A stretch of 64,000 nt of DNA from Desulfurococcaceae archaeon (GCA_038824035.1 JAWBBW010000007.1:1-64000), one strand, 5' to 3'. Positions 18,289 to 30,227 are shown, counted from the stretch's first letter. Numbers and translations are program-made. The notes: a model not told the origin generated them from the letters alone.

Positions 18289-18708
18289 ATGAGTAAAAGA
18301 TATGAACACGGGCATGATAAAAGAAGTGAAAGTCATAGGCTAACACGATATGTCGAGGGCCGCGGTGATCCTGGGCAGATCTATGCAAAGGAACATAGGC
18401 TAATGCCGCAACCAATCGGCGACATCTGTAACCCTCTATGCCCCCTATTTAGCTGTGGTAGAAACGCTTTATTTGTATTAAATAAGCATGTGAGAGGTAG
18501 AATGATCAGGGTAGCCCAGTGTAGATTAACAGGTGGTGATTGCATAGCTGGTAATTGCCAATACGCAGTATGTAAACTAAACTCATTATTACCAGATGGC
18601 AAATGCGCCAAGGCCCTTGAGAAAAGGGTTAAGCCCACGTCTGATGAAGAGTTGTTTAGACAAATGAAGAATTTCGAAGAATATGACATATATGATTTTA
18701 CTCGGTAA
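18289..18708 (+). CDS. Cys-rich conserved hypothetical protein
   Basis: Eight cysteines (CNPLCPLFSC...C...C...C...C...C); AAGGTG Shine-Dalgarno. Confidence 0.7.
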   Translation: MSKRYEHGHDKRSESHRLTRYVEGRGDPGQIYAKEHRLMPQPIGDICNPLCPLFSCGRNALFVLNKHVRGRMIRVAQCRLTGGDCIAGNCQYAVCKLNSLLPDGKCAKALEKRVKPTSDEELFRQMKNFEEYDIYDFTR

Positions 18709-19285
18709 TAGACCAGCGCCTATAGACATTGTTCTCTATGCCTAATACATCCAAGATTTTTCCGATCATGAAATCTATTATTTCATCTATATTTTTCGGC
18801 TTATTATAGAAACCCGGAGAAGCTGGCATTATAATTGCCCCATTCACTGCTAATATATATAAATTATATAGATCGATTGCAGATAAGGGAGTCTCTCTGA
18901 GAACTATGAGTAATTTGTTCTTAGTTCTCAAGATATTGCATGCAACTCTTGTCACCAGGTTATCCTGTACACCATGTGCTATCTTATTCACGGTGTTCAG
19001 CGAAGCTGGTACTATTACCATGTCTGATGAAAATGTGTTACTACTGCTTGCCAATGGTGATAATATATCGTCTGATCTAAACACGCCACCTAAGCCATTT
19101 ACATTAAATAGAAATGACTCGAGATCCACGTTTTCTTCGATCCTGGCGATCTTACGAGCATTCTCACTGTATATGACGTATATCCTTGCATATTTCTTCT
19201 TCAAAAGATCAATGCGTTGGATAAGCCTTAATCCATATACTATGCCACTAGCACCAGTTAATCCAATGATAAGCGATAAAGCCAT
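18698..19285 (-). CDS. ubiX: Flavin prenyltransferase UbiX
   Basis: GLTGASG-x-YG, RETPL, PASPGFY; ATG at 19285. Confidence 0.92.
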   Translation of the reverse strand: MALSLIIGLTGASGIVYGLRLIQRIDLLKKKYARIYVIYSENARKIARIEENVDLESFLFNVNGLGGVFRSDDILSPLASSSNTFSSDMVIVPASLNTVNKIAHGVQDNLVTRVACNILRTKNKLLIVLRETPLSAIDLYNLYILAVNGAIIMPASPGFYNKPKNIDEIIDFMIGKILDVLGIENNVYRRWSITE

Positions 19286-19287
19286 TT

Positions 19288-19346
19288 GTATCAAGCCTGC
19301 GCGGGCTCATCACAGATCAGGCCTTTCGAGCCCTATCATCAATTAC
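19288..19346 (-). ncRNA. Box C/D guide sRNA (tRNA-targeting candidate)
   Basis: C TTGATGA, guide TAGGGCTCGAAAGGC, D' CTGA, C' GTGATGA, guide GCCCGCGCAGGC, D TTGA, terminal GTA/TAC. Confidence 0.85.
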
Positions 19347-19417
19347 ATTATTATTTAGAGTTATATTGGTTTAAAATACTTTTGAAAAAATAGTAAAAGA
19401 AAAGACGGTTGTAAAGA

Positions 19418-19714
19418 ATGGCCCTGTACAAGTCTGTAGGAATAAATAACAGGGTTCTAAACAATTTTGTCAAGGAACTACGAGATCGTGGTATATGGGC
19501 GGAAAGACATTCATACAGCATTAGGCTCATGTATAAAGAAACCATTGTCGCGAGCTTACATTTATACCCCGGATTTAACAAAGCTATTTTAAAACTATAT
19601 GGCGGAGACATCATAGATGAATACGTTGAAAACAATGTAAAAATTGCGATGCTAAAATTCCTGCCAACTTTCCACCTAGATATTGTTAAGTTAGAGTTTA
19701 AGCCTCTAGCCTAA
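19418..19714 (+). CDS. Hypothetical protein
   Basis: Fills the gap between ubiX and sua5; TATA-like TTTAAA upstream; normal composition. Confidence 0.6.
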   Translation: MALYKSVGINNRVLNNFVKELRDRGIWAERHSYSIRLMYKETIVASLHLYPGFNKAILKLYGGDIIDEYVENNVKIAMLKFLPTFHLDIVKLEFKPLA

Positions 19715-20762
19715 TCGATGACGCTTTTCTCAACCTGTTCATTATTGTTAATCCCAGGCCTCTTTCTTCGAAACCCTCTACAATGGCAATTGAACATTTG
19801 TTTTCATCCAATTCCCTGAGGACTTTGAACAAATTATGAGCTACTTCGAACAAATTACGCCGTGAACCTATGTTGAACACTTTGAAACCATCGATGTGAG
19901 CATACCTCTCATATGTCTCTGAAGACGCAACAATACATACTTGTTCACCTGCTTTGGAAAAAGCCTTTGAAATATCCTTGACCATCTCTACTAATCTATC
20001 GATACCATCGCTCCTGGGCTCGATCAATACAACTTTCGCCTCCGGGGCATAATGCCTATATTTCATGCCTGGCGAGAACGCTATCTCGGCGTATCCAAGA
20101 CCCCTTGCATATTCAGGGATAAATATTTTCTCTCCGAGTATTTCTTCAATAATTTCGATAGGATAAGCACCTGGTCTTAGCAGGACTGGCGGTTCTATGA
20201 GAACATTTACAACAGTTGATTCAACACCATACAGAGTTTCGCCAGCATCTATTATCGCATCTATTTTGTCGCCTAAATCCCTTAATACGTGTTCAGCCGA
20301 TGTTGGGCTAGGTCTACCAGATAAATTAGCGCTGGGAGCGGCTATCGGCATACCTGTTTCATGTATTAACCCGAGTGCCACTGGATGACCAGGCATTCTC
20401 ACCGCAACTGTATCTAGACCTCCGGTGACAATTTTGGGCACTTTGGGATTGCGTGGCAATATTAGCGTTAACGGGCCTGGCCACAATCTCTTGATCAATC
20501 TTAATGCCTTGTCCGGTATATCCCTTGCCACTTCATAGACCATGTCGATGCTATCTACGTGAATTATTAAGGGGTTATCAGGAGGCCTGTTCTTCGTCTT
20601 GAACACTTTAAGCACAGCGTCTTCATGAAAAACGATCGCCCCTAGCCCATACACGGTCTCTGTTGGAAATGCCACAATTCCATGGTTTTTCAATATTTCT
20701 GCCGCTTTCTTGAGAACAAGTGGATCAGGTTTAGATGGATCTGTTCTTAAAATTATGACCAT
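19698..20762 (-). CDS. sua5: Threonylcarbamoyl-AMP synthase Sua5
   Basis: FPTETVYGLG, KNRPPDNPLIIH, APSANLSGRPSPT, PGMKYRHYAP. Confidence 0.96.
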   Translation of the reverse strand: MVIILRTDPSKPDPLVLKKAAEILKNHGIVAFPTETVYGLGAIVFHEDAVLKVFKTKNRPPDNPLIIHVDSIDMVYEVARDIPDKALRLIKRLWPGPLTLILPRNPKVPKIVTGGLDTVAVRMPGHPVALGLIHETGMPIAAPSANLSGRPSPTSAEHVLRDLGDKIDAIIDAGETLYGVESTVVNVLIEPPVLLRPGAYPIEIIEEILGEKIFIPEYARGLGYAEIAFSPGMKYRHYAPEAKVVLIEPRSDGIDRLVEMVKDISKAFSKAGEQVCIVASSETYERYAHIDGFKVFNIGSRRNLFEVAHNLFKVLRELDENKCSIAIVEGFEERGLGLTIMNRLRKASSIRLEA

Positions 20763-20779
20763 GTAATCACCGCGGAATA

Positions 20780-23248
20780 TTACAATAACCTCTCTATCGT
20801 TGTTGAATAATCCAGGTCAGAGATACCTGGTGAATATTTTTCATGATCCATTCCAGTTAAGTATTTAAAATAAATACACGCTATCTCATGTCCCTCTTCC
20901 TGTAGATCCTTGATATTCCTCCCCGTGATTTCAGCCACTTCTTCCCATGTAAGCCCTTGCAAACTCTTTGCCACTAATAATAACTCCTGTAATTTAGAAA
21001 GCTTTGGCCTTTTATCCGGTTCGATGAGCCAATGCAATCTTGCTATCCTGAACATTATATCAGCAGCTGCCTCGAAAGTCATAGGGCCTACACAATATGT
21101 CCATAACCTATCTATGGAAACAGGAGTAAAAACATCAATGGGCTTAATGTTATATAAATATGGTTCTGAATCTAACAGCAATAACGTAACACGGGGTTCT
21201 AGGTCTTGGTAATTAATAGGTATGCTGTTCAATAACTTCGATTTGAATTCGTACTTAGCCTTATTTACAATCTTCATCGCCTTCTCACTAATAGGCTTTA
21301 TAACGAGAACTGTGTACTCGCCGCTCACAGGGTTTTTATCTGGACTTATATGTATCACGCTGAACCCGTTTTTCAGCCAAAACCTCAACAACTCCTCTGT
21401 CACGCCAAAACCTGAACCTAGCCAATCCAATTTCCTCCTGCTCACTTCCTCGAAGACCTTTTGGAGGGCCCAACTACCGATACCTTTCCCTTGTACAGAT
21501 GGGTGTGTGGCGATCCTAACTATCCTCCACCCAACAGTGTCTGCGAAATCCACATATCTCGAATGTTTAAGGAACCTATCTGGTATTATGTTACCCGGTA
21601 TTTTAGAGCCCTTTAAAAGCTCTTTTGCAATCTCTTTGTCGATAGGTCCTTCCTGGGCTATTTGAATAGCACACACTATTTTACCGCTGGCTGTTTTGAC
21701 CGCCCTTATGAAATGATGGGGGGCATCAGCTATCATGCCTAGGTCGTCGGGCTCATTTCTATAATGAGCTAAGACATATATTCCAAATAACTGCCTTAAT
21801 TCCTCTTCATTTTCAAATAAGTACATGGGATCATATTCAACGTAGATCAATCTCTTGTTCTCGATATCCTCTAGATCCCTTTCATCTAACTCGGCTGGTT
21901 CAGCATCTAATAGAAAGGTCTTGAATTGCCATTCTTCTATTGGGTCGTTGTAATTATACCTAATTGGCTCGTTCATTTCATATTCATATAAAATGATCCT
22001 TTCATCGTTTCTCAGCTTTTTCAAAAACCTAACTGAAAACCCTCTACCAGCACCTTCATAACCATGAATTGTTGATGAGTAGATAATGCGATCGTGTTTA
22101 TCCAAGATCTTGTATAGCAAGGGAACGGGTATACCTGCCGCCTCATCCACAACCACTATATCTCCTCTTAGTTTTGGAATAACCAGAGGTTCCCAATACT
22201 CGATGCTAAACCCCTCCCCATGTAGTTCGACAACATGTCCTTCCCTCTTGATGATGTTGTATTTGTACCCGAGTTTATCGAGGACCTTGCTGGCAAGCAT
22301 CATGAGTGATTGCACATTGCTTGGCGATGGAGATGTGACTAAAACCCTTGGCCTAGGCTTGACCCTTTTCAACAAATGTATTAGCCCAACTATCCCTATG
22401 CCAATAGCACAGCTCTTACCGCGTCCACGATCAGCCGTTAAAACGAACACTTTCTTATGGTTCTTGGTTGGCTTCTCATAAAACTCCTCCATGATTTTCA
22501 AGACATTGATTTGATCCATTGTCAACGCATGTTCATACACTTCGAGAGAGAAGACCCTTTTCTTCGGGATCTCTATTTTCCTTTCATGGATTTTGAGTTC
22601 TCTTCTCAATTCGAGTTTTTTAATAACCTTATCATTATCAGCATCATATATTGCTATGCCATCATGGCTCAATAATTTTTTCTTAACCCATGTTATGAAT
22701 ATATGTCTAGGTTCTGGAAATTGTGGTACAGTGAGATTTTCCTTAAATATAGTCTTGAACTTGTCCCAATTATCCCATGGAGGTATAAGGAGCACTATCA
22801 ACCCTCCGCCTTCCACTATCCCTATCAACCTACCAAGATCATTGGGTTTCAGGTCATGGGTGAGATCCATTACGAGGAATTGAACAGTTATTCCCAGATA
22901 TTTCTCGCTTTTTTCATAGACAGCGTACTCGAATTCAACCTTATACTTAGACCTCGCGATCATGTCTTCGAACATGTCTTTCATTGCAATGGCATCTTGG
23001 AATTCATCGTGATATATATATAAGCCATTCAATTCTTTTCCGTGATCAATCGAATTCCATTTTCCGGAGTAGTAGGATATGGCTTTAGATGCTAATAGGG
23101 CTAATTTAAAAGGATCTGAACCAGATATTACAAACATCGATCTTATCCTGTAAGAGATTAGCTTATCTGATAACTTGCCTAACTCCCTGAGCAATCTGGT
23201 AAATGAAGATGGGATGACACGTTCTTTTGTTCTATCGTTCTTATTCAA
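20780..23248 (-). CDS. tmcA: tRNA/rRNA cytidine N4-acetyltransferase (TmcA/Nat10)
   Basis: ADRGRGKS, DEAAGIP, STIHGYEGAGRGF, AHYRNEPDDL, RIATHP-x-QGKGIGS. Confidence 0.95.
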   Translation of the reverse strand: MNKNDRTKERVIPSSFTRLLRELGKLSDKLISYRIRSMFVISGSDPFKLALLASKAISYYSGKWNSIDHGKELNGLYIYHDEFQDAIAMKDMFEDMIARSKYKVEFEYAVYEKSEKYLGITVQFLVMDLTHDLKPNDLGRLIGIVEGGGLIVLLIPPWDNWDKFKTIFKENLTVPQFPEPRHIFITWVKKKLLSHDGIAIYDADNDKVIKKLELRRELKIHERKIEIPKKRVFSLEVYEHALTMDQINVLKIMEEFYEKPTKNHKKVFVLTADRGRGKSCAIGIGIVGLIHLLKRVKPRPRVLVTSPSPSNVQSLMMLASKVLDKLGYKYNIIKREGHVVELHGEGFSIEYWEPLVIPKLRGDIVVVDEAAGIPVPLLYKILDKHDRIIYSSTIHGYEGAGRGFSVRFLKKLRNDERIILYEYEMNEPIRYNYNDPIEEWQFKTFLLDAEPAELDERDLEDIENKRLIYVEYDPMYLFENEEELRQLFGIYVLAHYRNEPDDLGMIADAPHHFIRAVKTASGKIVCAIQIAQEGPIDKEIAKELLKGSKIPGNIIPDRFLKHSRYVDFADTVGWRIVRIATHPSVQGKGIGSWALQKVFEEVSRRKLDWLGSGFGVTEELLRFWLKNGFSVIHISPDKNPVSGEYTVLVIKPISEKAMKIVNKAKYEFKSKLLNSIPINYQDLEPRVTLLLLDSEPYLYNIKPIDVFTPVSIDRLWTYCVGPMTFEAAADIMFRIARLHWLIEPDKRPKLSKLQELLLVAKSLQGLTWEEVAEITGRNIKDLQEEGHEIACIYFKYLTGMDHEKYSPGISDLDYSTTIERLL

Positions 23249-23276
23249 GAAAAGACACCGAATCTATAGGATCATG

Positions 23277-25517
23277 CTAGCCGTAAGGCAATGAGATCTT
23301 TCTGAAACCACCGCTTGTACTTATTCTCTTAAGCTCTCTTGCAAGTCTCTCATACATCTCTATATCACTTCTGCTTAAACTAGGTGGTATTTTCTCCAAT
23401 GCCTTTAAGAAATGCTTCATACTGACTCTGGCCACATTTAGTCTATTAGAAGTAGCATATAATTCTCGTAGAGCTATCATCGCCGCTTCTTTACAAACAG
23501 CTGCTATATCAGCGCCTGTATAACCCTCTGTTTTTCTACCAAGTTCCTCTATATCCACATCTTCAGCTAATGGCATTTTCCTTGTATGAACCCGGAAGAT
23601 CTCTATCCTGGCCCTTAGATCTGGTGGAGGAACATATATCAGCCTATCAAATCTACCCGGTCTAAGCAACGCTGGATCAAGTAGATCTGGCCTATTAGTG
23701 GCACCGATGATCACCACTCTTCTCAACGGCTGTATCCCATCAAGCTCTGTCAACAATTGATTAACTATTCTGTCTATAACGCCGCTTGGATCAGAACCCC
23801 TAATACCCGCTATCGAGTCTATTTCGTCGAAAAAGACGACGGCTGGTGCAACCATGCGAGCGCGCCTAAAGATCTGTCTAATCGCTTTTTCTGATTCGCC
23901 AACCCATTTACTCAATACCTCTGGTCCACGTACGGCGATGAAATTAGCACCACTCTCTGTTGCAACAGCCTTGGCTAATAGTGTTTTACCAGTGCCAGGT
24001 GGGCCGAATAACAATATCCCCTTCGGCGGCTCCATACCCATTTTTTCAAATACTTCTGGATATTTCATAGGCCACTCAATGCTTTCTCTAAGTTCTTGTT
24101 TAACATCCTCTAGGCCACCTATATCGCTCCATCTCACCTCTGGGATCTCCACGAATACTTCACGAATAAGACTTGGTTGCACTGTCTTCATTGCCGCGAG
24201 GAAATCGTTCATCGTGACTTTTAGTTTCTCCAATTTCTCGGCCGGTATTGCCTGGTTCAGATCTATGTTTTCCTCCTGCATAAATCTCCTCAATGCACTC
24301 ATCGCTGCTTCCTTAACTAACGCTGCCAAATCTGCCCCTGTATAGCCATGGGTCATATCGGCTATTTTCTCCAAATCAACATCTTCAGCCAATGGCATGT
24401 TACGTGTATGAACAGCCAAGATCTCTCTCCTAGCCCTCTTATCCGGCGGAGGTATTTCTATTTCCCTGTCAAACCTACCAGGCCTTCTAAGCGCTGGATC
24501 TAGTGCCTCCGGCCTATTAGTAGCACCAATGACTATTACCCTTCCCCTTTCTTTTAATCCATCCATCAATGCCAACAACTGAGCCACAACGCGTTTCTCC
24601 ACTTCACCTGTGACCTCTTCCCTTTTCGGTGCGATACTATCGATCTCGTCTATGAATATTATCGCCGGCGCGTTTGCCTGGGCCTCTTCGAATATTTTCC
24701 GCAATCTCTCTTCGGATTCCCCATAAAACTTGCTCATTATTTCGGGCCCATTTATGGATATGAAATAAGCTCCGATCTCGTTTGCCAGCGCCTTAGCTAA
24801 TAGTGTTTTACCAGTGCCAGGCGGACCATACAGTAGTATGCCTTTTGGCGGCTCTATTCCGAGTTTTTCGAAAAGCTCTGGATGTTTCATCGGTAACTCA
24901 ACTATTTCTCTGATCTTCTGTTTCACTTCCTCTAAATCTCCTATATCCTCCCACGTTATCCTTGGAACGCCCTCGCTGATCACCTCTGGTCTTACAGGTT
25001 CAGGCCTAACCTCTATACTTGTTCTCTCCGTAACATAGACCACGGCTGATGGCTGTACATTAGTAACAGCAAACCTGAAAACCATGCCGAATATGGGTAT
25101 CTCGATGACATCTCCACGCTTAACCGGGTTTCCTTCTAGGTATTTCCTAGCGTAATACGAGAAATCGGCATCAACTGGGGGCAATCTGCCGATGGGCGCT
25201 AGAACAACCTTGATCGCAGGATCCACCTTTATAGGCCTAACTGTTACATAATCCCCCGGTGAAACCCCTAGGTTTTTCCTAGCTGTTCCATCTATTCTAA
25301 TCAAACCAGCACCTTCGTCTTCTGGGTATGCTTGCCATACCTTTAATACTTCTCTACCCTTTGGACCCACAACCTCTATGAAATCCCCCACTGTCACATT
25401 CAACTTCATCATGGTTTCTTTGTCGATTCTAGCTATTTTACGACCCACATCCCTGTACCTGGCCTCTGCGACTTTTAATTTTATTGTCCTGCTATTTGTA
25501 TGATGTATTGACAACAC
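23277..25517 (-). CDS. cdc48: CDC48/VCP-family AAA ATPase
   Basis: N-domain plus two AAA modules (GPPGTGKT twice, DEID, RPGRFD). Confidence 0.97.
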   Translation of the reverse strand: MLSIHHTNSRTIKLKVAEARYRDVGRKIARIDKETMMKLNVTVGDFIEVVGPKGREVLKVWQAYPEDEGAGLIRIDGTARKNLGVSPGDYVTVRPIKVDPAIKVVLAPIGRLPPVDADFSYYARKYLEGNPVKRGDVIEIPIFGMVFRFAVTNVQPSAVVYVTERTSIEVRPEPVRPEVISEGVPRITWEDIGDLEEVKQKIREIVELPMKHPELFEKLGIEPPKGILLYGPPGTGKTLLAKALANEIGAYFISINGPEIMSKFYGESEERLRKIFEEAQANAPAIIFIDEIDSIAPKREEVTGEVEKRVVAQLLALMDGLKERGRVIVIGATNRPEALDPALRRPGRFDREIEIPPPDKRARREILAVHTRNMPLAEDVDLEKIADMTHGYTGADLAALVKEAAMSALRRFMQEENIDLNQAIPAEKLEKLKVTMNDFLAAMKTVQPSLIREVFVEIPEVRWSDIGGLEDVKQELRESIEWPMKYPEVFEKMGMEPPKGILLFGPPGTGKTLLAKAVATESGANFIAVRGPEVLSKWVGESEKAIRQIFRRARMVAPAVVFFDEIDSIAGIRGSDPSGVIDRIVNQLLTELDGIQPLRRVVIIGATNRPDLLDPALLRPGRFDRLIYVPPPDLRARIEIFRVHTRKMPLAEDVDIEELGRKTEGYTGADIAAVCKEAAMIALRELYATSNRLNVARVSMKHFLKALEKIPPSLSRSDIEMYERLARELKRISTSGGFRKISLPYG

Positions 25518-25664
25518 TCACACCCGTTAAATTTAGAAAACAATTTATAGACTTATAAGCATCATATGTGTTATGATTACAATAAATGAGTTATCCATAT
25601 TTCCACTATATAATCTTTATTAAGTCACATTATCTATGAAAGTGACCATACAAGGTGAGTATAC

Positions 25665-26399
25665 ATGACTGAACGAGTTAAGACAAATATCCCCGGTTTC
25701 GATGAAATAGTGAATGGCGGGATACCGAAAAGAAACGTGGTCTTATTGAGTGGTGGACCGGGCACGGGTAAAAGCATATTTTCAATGCAATATATATGGA
25801 ATGGCCTACAACTAGGTGAGCCTGGGATATACGTGGTCTTAGAAGAACATCCCGTCCAAGTTAGGGTGAATATGAGGAATTTCGGCTGGGATATAAGGAC
25901 ATATGAACAGGATGGCAAATTCGCCATAATAGATGCATTCACGGGGGGTGTGGGCGAAGCTGCTAAGAGAGAGAAATATGTGGTTAAAGACCCAGATAGC
26001 GTCGATGAGCTAATAGATGTGTTGAGGACTGCTATTAGGGATATTAATGCTCAGAGGGTTGTAGTAGACAGTGTTTCAACGTTATATCTAACAAAACCAT
26101 TTATGGCTAGAAACACTGTTCTACAGTTGAAGAAAGTGTTATCGGGAATGGGTACCACCAGTCTATTAGTATCTCAGGTATCTGTCACGGAAAAAGGATT
26201 TGGAGGTCCTGGCGTAGAACACGCCGCTGATGGCATAGTAAGGCTGGATCTGGATGAAATTAATGGCGAACTAGTGAGAAGTATAATTGTGTGGAAAATG
26301 CGAGGCACTAGTCACAGCATGAGAAGGCATGTATTCGATATAACAGACAAGGGCATTGTAATATACCCGGATAAGGTGTTGAAAACCAAAGGGCTTTAA
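25665..26399 (+). CDS. Single-domain KaiC/RAD55-family ATPase
   Basis: [27 protein letters not shown]-x-DG, KMRGT. Confidence 0.9.
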   Translation: MTERVKTNIPGFDEIVNGGIPKRNVVLLSGGPGTGKSIFSMQYIWNGLQLGEPGIYVVLEEHPVQVRVNMRNFGWDIRTYEQDGKFAIIDAFTGGVGEAAKREKYVVKDPDSVDELIDVLRTAIRDINAQRVVVDSVSTLYLTKPFMARNTVLQLKKVLSGMGTTSLLVSQVSVTEKGFGGPGVEHAADGIVRLDLDEINGELVRSIIVWKMRGTSHSMRRHVFDITDKGIVIYPDKVLKTKGL

Positions 26400-26420
26400 T
26401 ATCAATATAAATATTCGGCA

Positions 26421-26990
26421 TTATGACTCGGTTTGATCAGTTATGTTGCGGTGATTACAGTGCTTTAATATTTCCCTGTCTTCCACAATGTCTTCTAGTC
26501 CAAGCCCCTCTCGCATTGTCTCACATATTTCCCAGGGGAACACTATCCATTCATTTGTAATCTTGTAGTAATAATCTGGCATGAAAGTGGACCATGGCTT
26601 TACAAAAATAGCGGCCGTTTTAACACATCGTGGCCGATGCATGGACACAGCCTCGACTGCGACCTGCATTGTTCTACCCGAATCCACGACATCATCTATT
26701 ATTAAAACATTCTTAGCAACCAGCGGCGGAAATGCCGAAAACGTTATCAATGGTTTCTCATCTCTAACTCCCACGGCCTTATAAAACTTAACCTCTATAT
26801 AACCCAGTTCCTTTAATCCAAGTAGATCCACCATAATCCTCGCTGGTATTAACCCTCCTTTGCAAATCGTGATTAACACTTCTGGTTTATAACTAGTCAT
26901 AACTTTATTTGAAATCTCTAATATCGCCCTGTGTATTTCTCTCCACGACGCGTATCTTAATTTAACATCCCCGCGAATGCTCATATCCAA
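26421..26990 (-). CDS. Type I (purine) phosphoribosyltransferase
   Basis: [24 protein letters not shown] motif, WIVFPWE. Confidence 0.88.
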   Translation of the reverse strand: MDMSIRGDVKLRYASWREIHRAILEISNKVMTSYKPEVLITICKGGLIPARIMVDLLGLKELGYIEVKFYKAVGVRDEKPLITFSAFPPLVAKNVLIIDDVVDSGRTMQVAVEAVSMHRPRCVKTAAIFVKPWSTFMPDYYYKITNEWIVFPWEICETMREGLGLEDIVEDREILKHCNHRNITDQTES

Positions 26991-27058
26991 GACCTAATAA
27001 TCCCCTCGTTAATAAGGTTTCAATGTTTACGATAATAAATGTGAGGGAATTAGGAGAA

Positions 27059-28657
27059 ATGACGAAGTACATATTCGTTACAGGTGGAGTTCTCTCAGGC
27101 CTTGGCAAGGGGATTACAGCCGCGTCCATAGGCTTATTGCTGAAAAACGCCGGTTACAGGGTCACTGCTATAAAGATTGACCCATATTTAAATGTCGATG
27201 CTGGCACTATGAACCCATATGCTCATGGAGAGGTCTTCGTAACAGATGATGGTGGCGAAACAGATCTAGACATAGGCCACTATGAAAGGTTCTTGGGGAT
27301 AAATCTATCACGTAAGAACAATATCACATCGGGTCAAATATATTTCAGCGTAATAAGTAAGGAACGGAAAGGCGAATATCTCGGTCAATGCGTACAGATA
27401 ATCCCCCATGTCACTAATGAGGTCAAACAACGCATAAGGGAGATTGCGAGGGATTATTCAGCTGATATAGTGATAGTTGAAATAGGTGGCACAGTAGGGG
27501 ATATCGAGGGATTACCATTTCTTGAGGCGGCAAGACAATTCAGATTTGAGGAAGGGGTTGAAAACACACTATATGTGCATGTAGCCTTAGCACCTGTATT
27601 ACCGAATGGAGAGCTCAAGACAAAACCCATTCAACATAGCATCCAGGAACTTCGGAGAATAGGTATTCAGCCGGATATGGTGATCGTTAGGTCTTCCAAA
27701 GTGCTCGACAGCGATGCCAAGTACAAAATAGCATTATATGGAAACATACCCATAGAGGCTGTTTTCAGTAATCCAGATGTGGACATTGTATATAAAGTCC
27801 CCCTATTGCTCCATAGTCAAAAATTAACCAAATATATATTGAACAAGCTCAATCTAGAATATAGAGAGCCTGATCTATCTGGATGGATAGAGCTAATAAA
27901 GAATTATGAAGAGGCATTGAAAACTGTTAAAATAGCAATGGTAGGTAAATATACGAAGGTCAAGGACAGTTATCTGAGCATAACAGAGGCGATCAAACAC
28001 TCCGCAGCGTGGAACAGGGTGAAACCGGTATTTGTATGGATAGAAGCCACCGATATTGAGGAAAATGAAAGTGTATTAAACAAACTAGAGGAAGTTGATG
28101 GCGCTGTAATACTCCCAGGATTCGGTAAGAGAGGGACAGAAGGGAAAATCAAGGCCATAAAATTCCTACGCGAAAATAACAAAGCGATCCTAGGCATATG
28201 TTTTGGGATGCAGTTAATGGTGATTGAAATAGCTAGAAATGTCGCAGGTCTTTATAATGCCAATAGCTCGGAGCTAGATCCAAATACATCTCACCCGATC
28301 ATAGATCTTCTGCCAGAACAAAAGAATGTAGAGATGTATGGAGGAACGCTCAGAGTGGGTGCCAGGAAGATATTTATAAAGCCAGGTACTCTCGCGTGGA
28401 AAGTGTATGGAAAGAACGAGGTTTTAGAAAGACATAGACATCGATACGGATTTAATGACAAATACAGGGAGATCATGGAGAGAGCGGGCATGGTGTTCAG
28501 TGGTTTGAGCGAGGAGGGTTATGTAGAGGTCATCGAGCTTAAAGATTATAAAAGGTTTTACCTAGGACTACAAGCACACCCCGAATTCAGCAGTAAGCCA
28601 CTAGAACCAAGCCCTGTCTTTATGAGCTTTATCAAGGATGTGTTGGAAGGTATATAA
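27059..28657 (+). CDS. pyrG: CTP synthase
   Basis: [28 protein letters not shown]; ATG 27059 follows AGGAG. Confidence 0.97.
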   Translation: MTKYIFVTGGVLSGLGKGITAASIGLLLKNAGYRVTAIKIDPYLNVDAGTMNPYAHGEVFVTDDGGETDLDIGHYERFLGINLSRKNNITSGQIYFSVISKERKGEYLGQCVQIIPHVTNEVKQRIREIARDYSADIVIVEIGGTVGDIEGLPFLEAARQFRFEEGVENTLYVHVALAPVLPNGELKTKPIQHSIQELRRIGIQPDMVIVRSSKVLDSDAKYKIALYGNIPIEAVFSNPDVDIVYKVPLLLHSQKLTKYILNKLNLEYREPDLSGWIELIKNYEEALKTVKIAMVGKYTKVKDSYLSITEAIKHSAAWNRVKPVFVWIEATDIEENESVLNKLEEVDGAVILPGFGKRGTEGKIKAIKFLRENNKAILGICFGMQLMVIEIARNVAGLYNANSSELDPNTSHPIIDLLPEQKNVEMYGGTLRVGARKIFIKPGTLAWKVYGKNEVLERHRHRYGFNDKYREIMERAGMVFSGLSEEGYVEVIELKDYKRFYLGLQAHPEFSSKPLEPSPVFMSFIKDVLEGI

Positions 28658-28757
28658 TAAAATTCGATTCCATAATATTGTTTCCACCTTATTTTACAAC
28701 ATAGAGTGGAAATGATTATATTACCCTCAACAGAATTAATATAGTAGTGATCTAGCG

Positions 28758-29453
28758 GTGATGGCCTTGATCAATGATAGTTTCGAAGAGATTTACATTG
28801 ATTTATCCAATATACCCTTCAAGCCCCTTGGTAAAAAGGAAATTCAACAACTTGAAATGGCGTTAATTATAGGCACTCTCTATAGGCCTGAAATAATAGA
28901 GCTCATCAGAGATCCCATAGAGAGATCTACATGGGTCGATAGCCTAGCCGTAGCTGCAGCCGCTCTCGCAAGATCTAAGGCTGGTTTAAGTATTCCACAG
29001 ATCGCTGAAGAGCTCGGAAGATCAGAGGCCACAATCAGGGGTCACTTAAACCAAAAAACCAAAGCCGGTAAACTAGTTGCAGAGACATATGAAAAACTGA
29101 AGAAAGGTGAGTTAAAGCTATTTTTCCCATTTATAAAGGCGCCTCAAGTATCTGTTGACGAGAGATTAAGAGCACTTGAAATAGAGATCTCTAAATTAAG
29201 GGAAATAAACAGGGATCTTGAGGAAAAACTTAAACAGATGAACGCCATTAATGAAAACTTAGTAAAGGAGCTGAGTGAGAGAGATAATAGGATCAAAGAG
29301 CTCGAGAGTAAAGTTGATGAGCTATTAAAGGAGAAAAGCGAGTTAGAGAGAAAATATAATGACGTTGCCAAGACATTGGAGAAAATTAAAACCGGTTTGA
29401 TAGAGATATTAAGGATATTAGAACAAGTGATATCCACGAACGTGGCGACTTAG
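28758..29453 (+). CDS. KaiC-associated HTH regulator with coiled-coil tail
   Basis: TWVDSLAVAA-x-LAR-x-KAG...IAEELGR-x-E-x-TIR-x-HL...TKAG, followed by a long heptad region. Confidence 0.78.
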   Translation: MMALINDSFEEIYIDLSNIPFKPLGKKEIQQLEMALIIGTLYRPEIIELIRDPIERSTWVDSLAVAAAALARSKAGLSIPQIAEELGRSEATIRGHLNQKTKAGKLVAETYEKLKKGELKLFFPFIKAPQVSVDERLRALEIEISKLREINRDLEEKLKQMNAINENLVKELSERDNRIKELESKVDELLKEKSELERKYNDVAKTLEKIKTGLIEILRILEQVISTNVAT

Positions 29454-29462
29454 ACTGTGATT

Positions 29463-30179
29463 TCATTTAAATAGTTTTTTGTAGTTATTCATGACAATTT
29501 CCACTACCACATCCTTGCTCATGCCATGGATCTCTGAGAGCAATTCAATAGTCTTTTCTATCAACTCGGGCCTCATGTACATGCCCCTGTAATTATAAGG
29601 CGCATCGCTCTCTGTCAACAGATACTTCAGATCAACATTCACTATGATGTCTCTATGCTTGTTTTGAATAATCCAGGCCGGGTTAGCACCTATGAAATAC
29701 CCGGCTTGCACGATGTCTTTTAGTAAATCCTTGGAACCAGTATACCAGTGGAAATAAGCCTTTTTGATATCAGATGAGTAAATTACCTTATACACATCGT
29801 GCCATGCCCCTGCAGCGTGGAGATTCAACACCAAGTCATATTCTTTTGCATATCTTACAAATAACTGAAAAGCACTTAACTGCTTGTCAATAGTATCTGG
29901 CCTGAATATCTTGTCTAATCCGACTTCACCAATACATTTAACATTGGTGTTCTCCACAATGTTTTTAACCAGTAGTTCTACATCTCTCAGTGTATATTCA
30001 TGTATATTCCATGGATGTATGCCTATGCATGGGTTGACATTACCATGTTTTATTCCCAACTCTATTGTCAATACACTAGACTCAGGATTATCTGATACAC
30101 ATATCAAGGTGTACTTGTCCACGTAATCGGCAATACTATCCCTCATTTCTGCGCAATGAATATGCATGTCCACTAGCAT
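29463..30179 (-). CDS. tatD: TatD-family hydrolase/DNase
   Basis: DMHIH, GIHPW, IGEVGLD, FHWY, ESDAPY. Confidence 0.92.
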   Translation of the reverse strand: MLVDMHIHCAEMRDSIADYVDKYTLICVSDNPESSVLTIELGIKHGNVNPCIGIHPWNIHEYTLRDVELLVKNIVENTNVKCIGEVGLDKIFRPDTIDKQLSAFQLFVRYAKEYDLVLNLHAAGAWHDVYKVIYSSDIKKAYFHWYTGSKDLLKDIVQAGYFIGANPAWIIQNKHRDIIVNVDLKYLLTESDAPYNYRGMYMRPELIEKTIELLSEIHGMSKDVVVEIVMNNYKKLFK

Positions 30180-30227
30180 AAACCGCCCCTAATTATCCTG
30201 TTTCATAAAAACACCCATCTCTTATTT

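Noticed and set aside
25665-26399. Circadian clock KaiC
   Set aside because: Single domain, with no kaiA or kaiB; this is a common archaeal RAD55/KaiC-like ATPase.
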